A stretch of 63,331 nt of DNA, the filler included, from Octopus bimaculoides (taxonomy: Eukaryota), in assembly GCF_001194135.2 (NCBI RefSeq). It is 5 parts of 4 records of this genome, joined end to end, with 100 filler letters (N's around TTAATTAATTAA, not from the genome) between each part and the next. Parts side by side here need not be neighbours in the genome. Positions count along the whole stretch, not along the records: positions 59,653 to 63,331 come from NC_068982.1; 4 more parts are not named here. One strand, given 5' to 3'. This document shows, in pieces, positions 63,157 to 63,331 of this stretch; position 1 is the first letter of the stretch; each line of letters begins with the position of its first letter. The notes below the pieces were generated by a model. The model was given only the letters and a program-made list of their open reading frames with translations. It made no database searches and was not told the origin of the DNA. The position numbers were made by a program, and so were the translations under genes.

Positions 63157-63331
63157 TCTTTCTCTTTTACTCTTTTACTTGTTTCAGTCATTTGACTGTG
63201 GTCATGCTGGAGCACCGCTTTAGTCGAGCAAATCGACCCCAGGACTTATTCTTTGGAAGCCTAATACTTATTCTATCGGTCTCCTTTTGCCGAACCGCTA
63301 AGTTACGGGGACGTAAACACACCAGCATCGG
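63157..63331 (-). mobile_element. SINE family B, 3' part (continues beyond the window)
   Basis: Near-identical to 52887-53060. Confidence 0.92.

Overview
AT-rich, microsatellite- and transposon-saturated animal genomic DNA, most likely an Octopus genome (inferred from the tRNA-derived SINE families, Penelope/RTE/hAT/Tc1-mariner remnants and dense simple repeats). About 3.5 kb is N gap, including four 100-bp scaffold spacers (44N-TTAATTAATTAA-44N). It is not prokaryotic: no operons, rRNA, true tRNA genes or CRISPR. Two host coding exons are well supported, both on the minus strand: a 594-bp class A peptide GPCR exon of the pyrokinin/CAPA/neuromedin-U (PRXamide) receptor type (TM2 end to ICL3; 42965-43558) and a 140-bp exon encoding half of a Mind bomb (MIB1/MIB2) SH3-like repeat (56780-56919). 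I could not find the remaining exons of either gene. Several exon or sORF candidates fall below the 60-aa ORF track cutoff: a signal-peptide exon at 9989, a phase-compatible exon pair at 16914-18223 with one in-frame TAG and a DSGYES C-terminus, a possible terminal exon at 53398-53472, and a signal-like sORF at 61668. All of these are speculative without transcript data. Most long ORFs in the track are translations of simple repeats, N gaps or TE debris. TE and SINE boundaries are approximate (within about 10-30 bp) unless termini are quoted.
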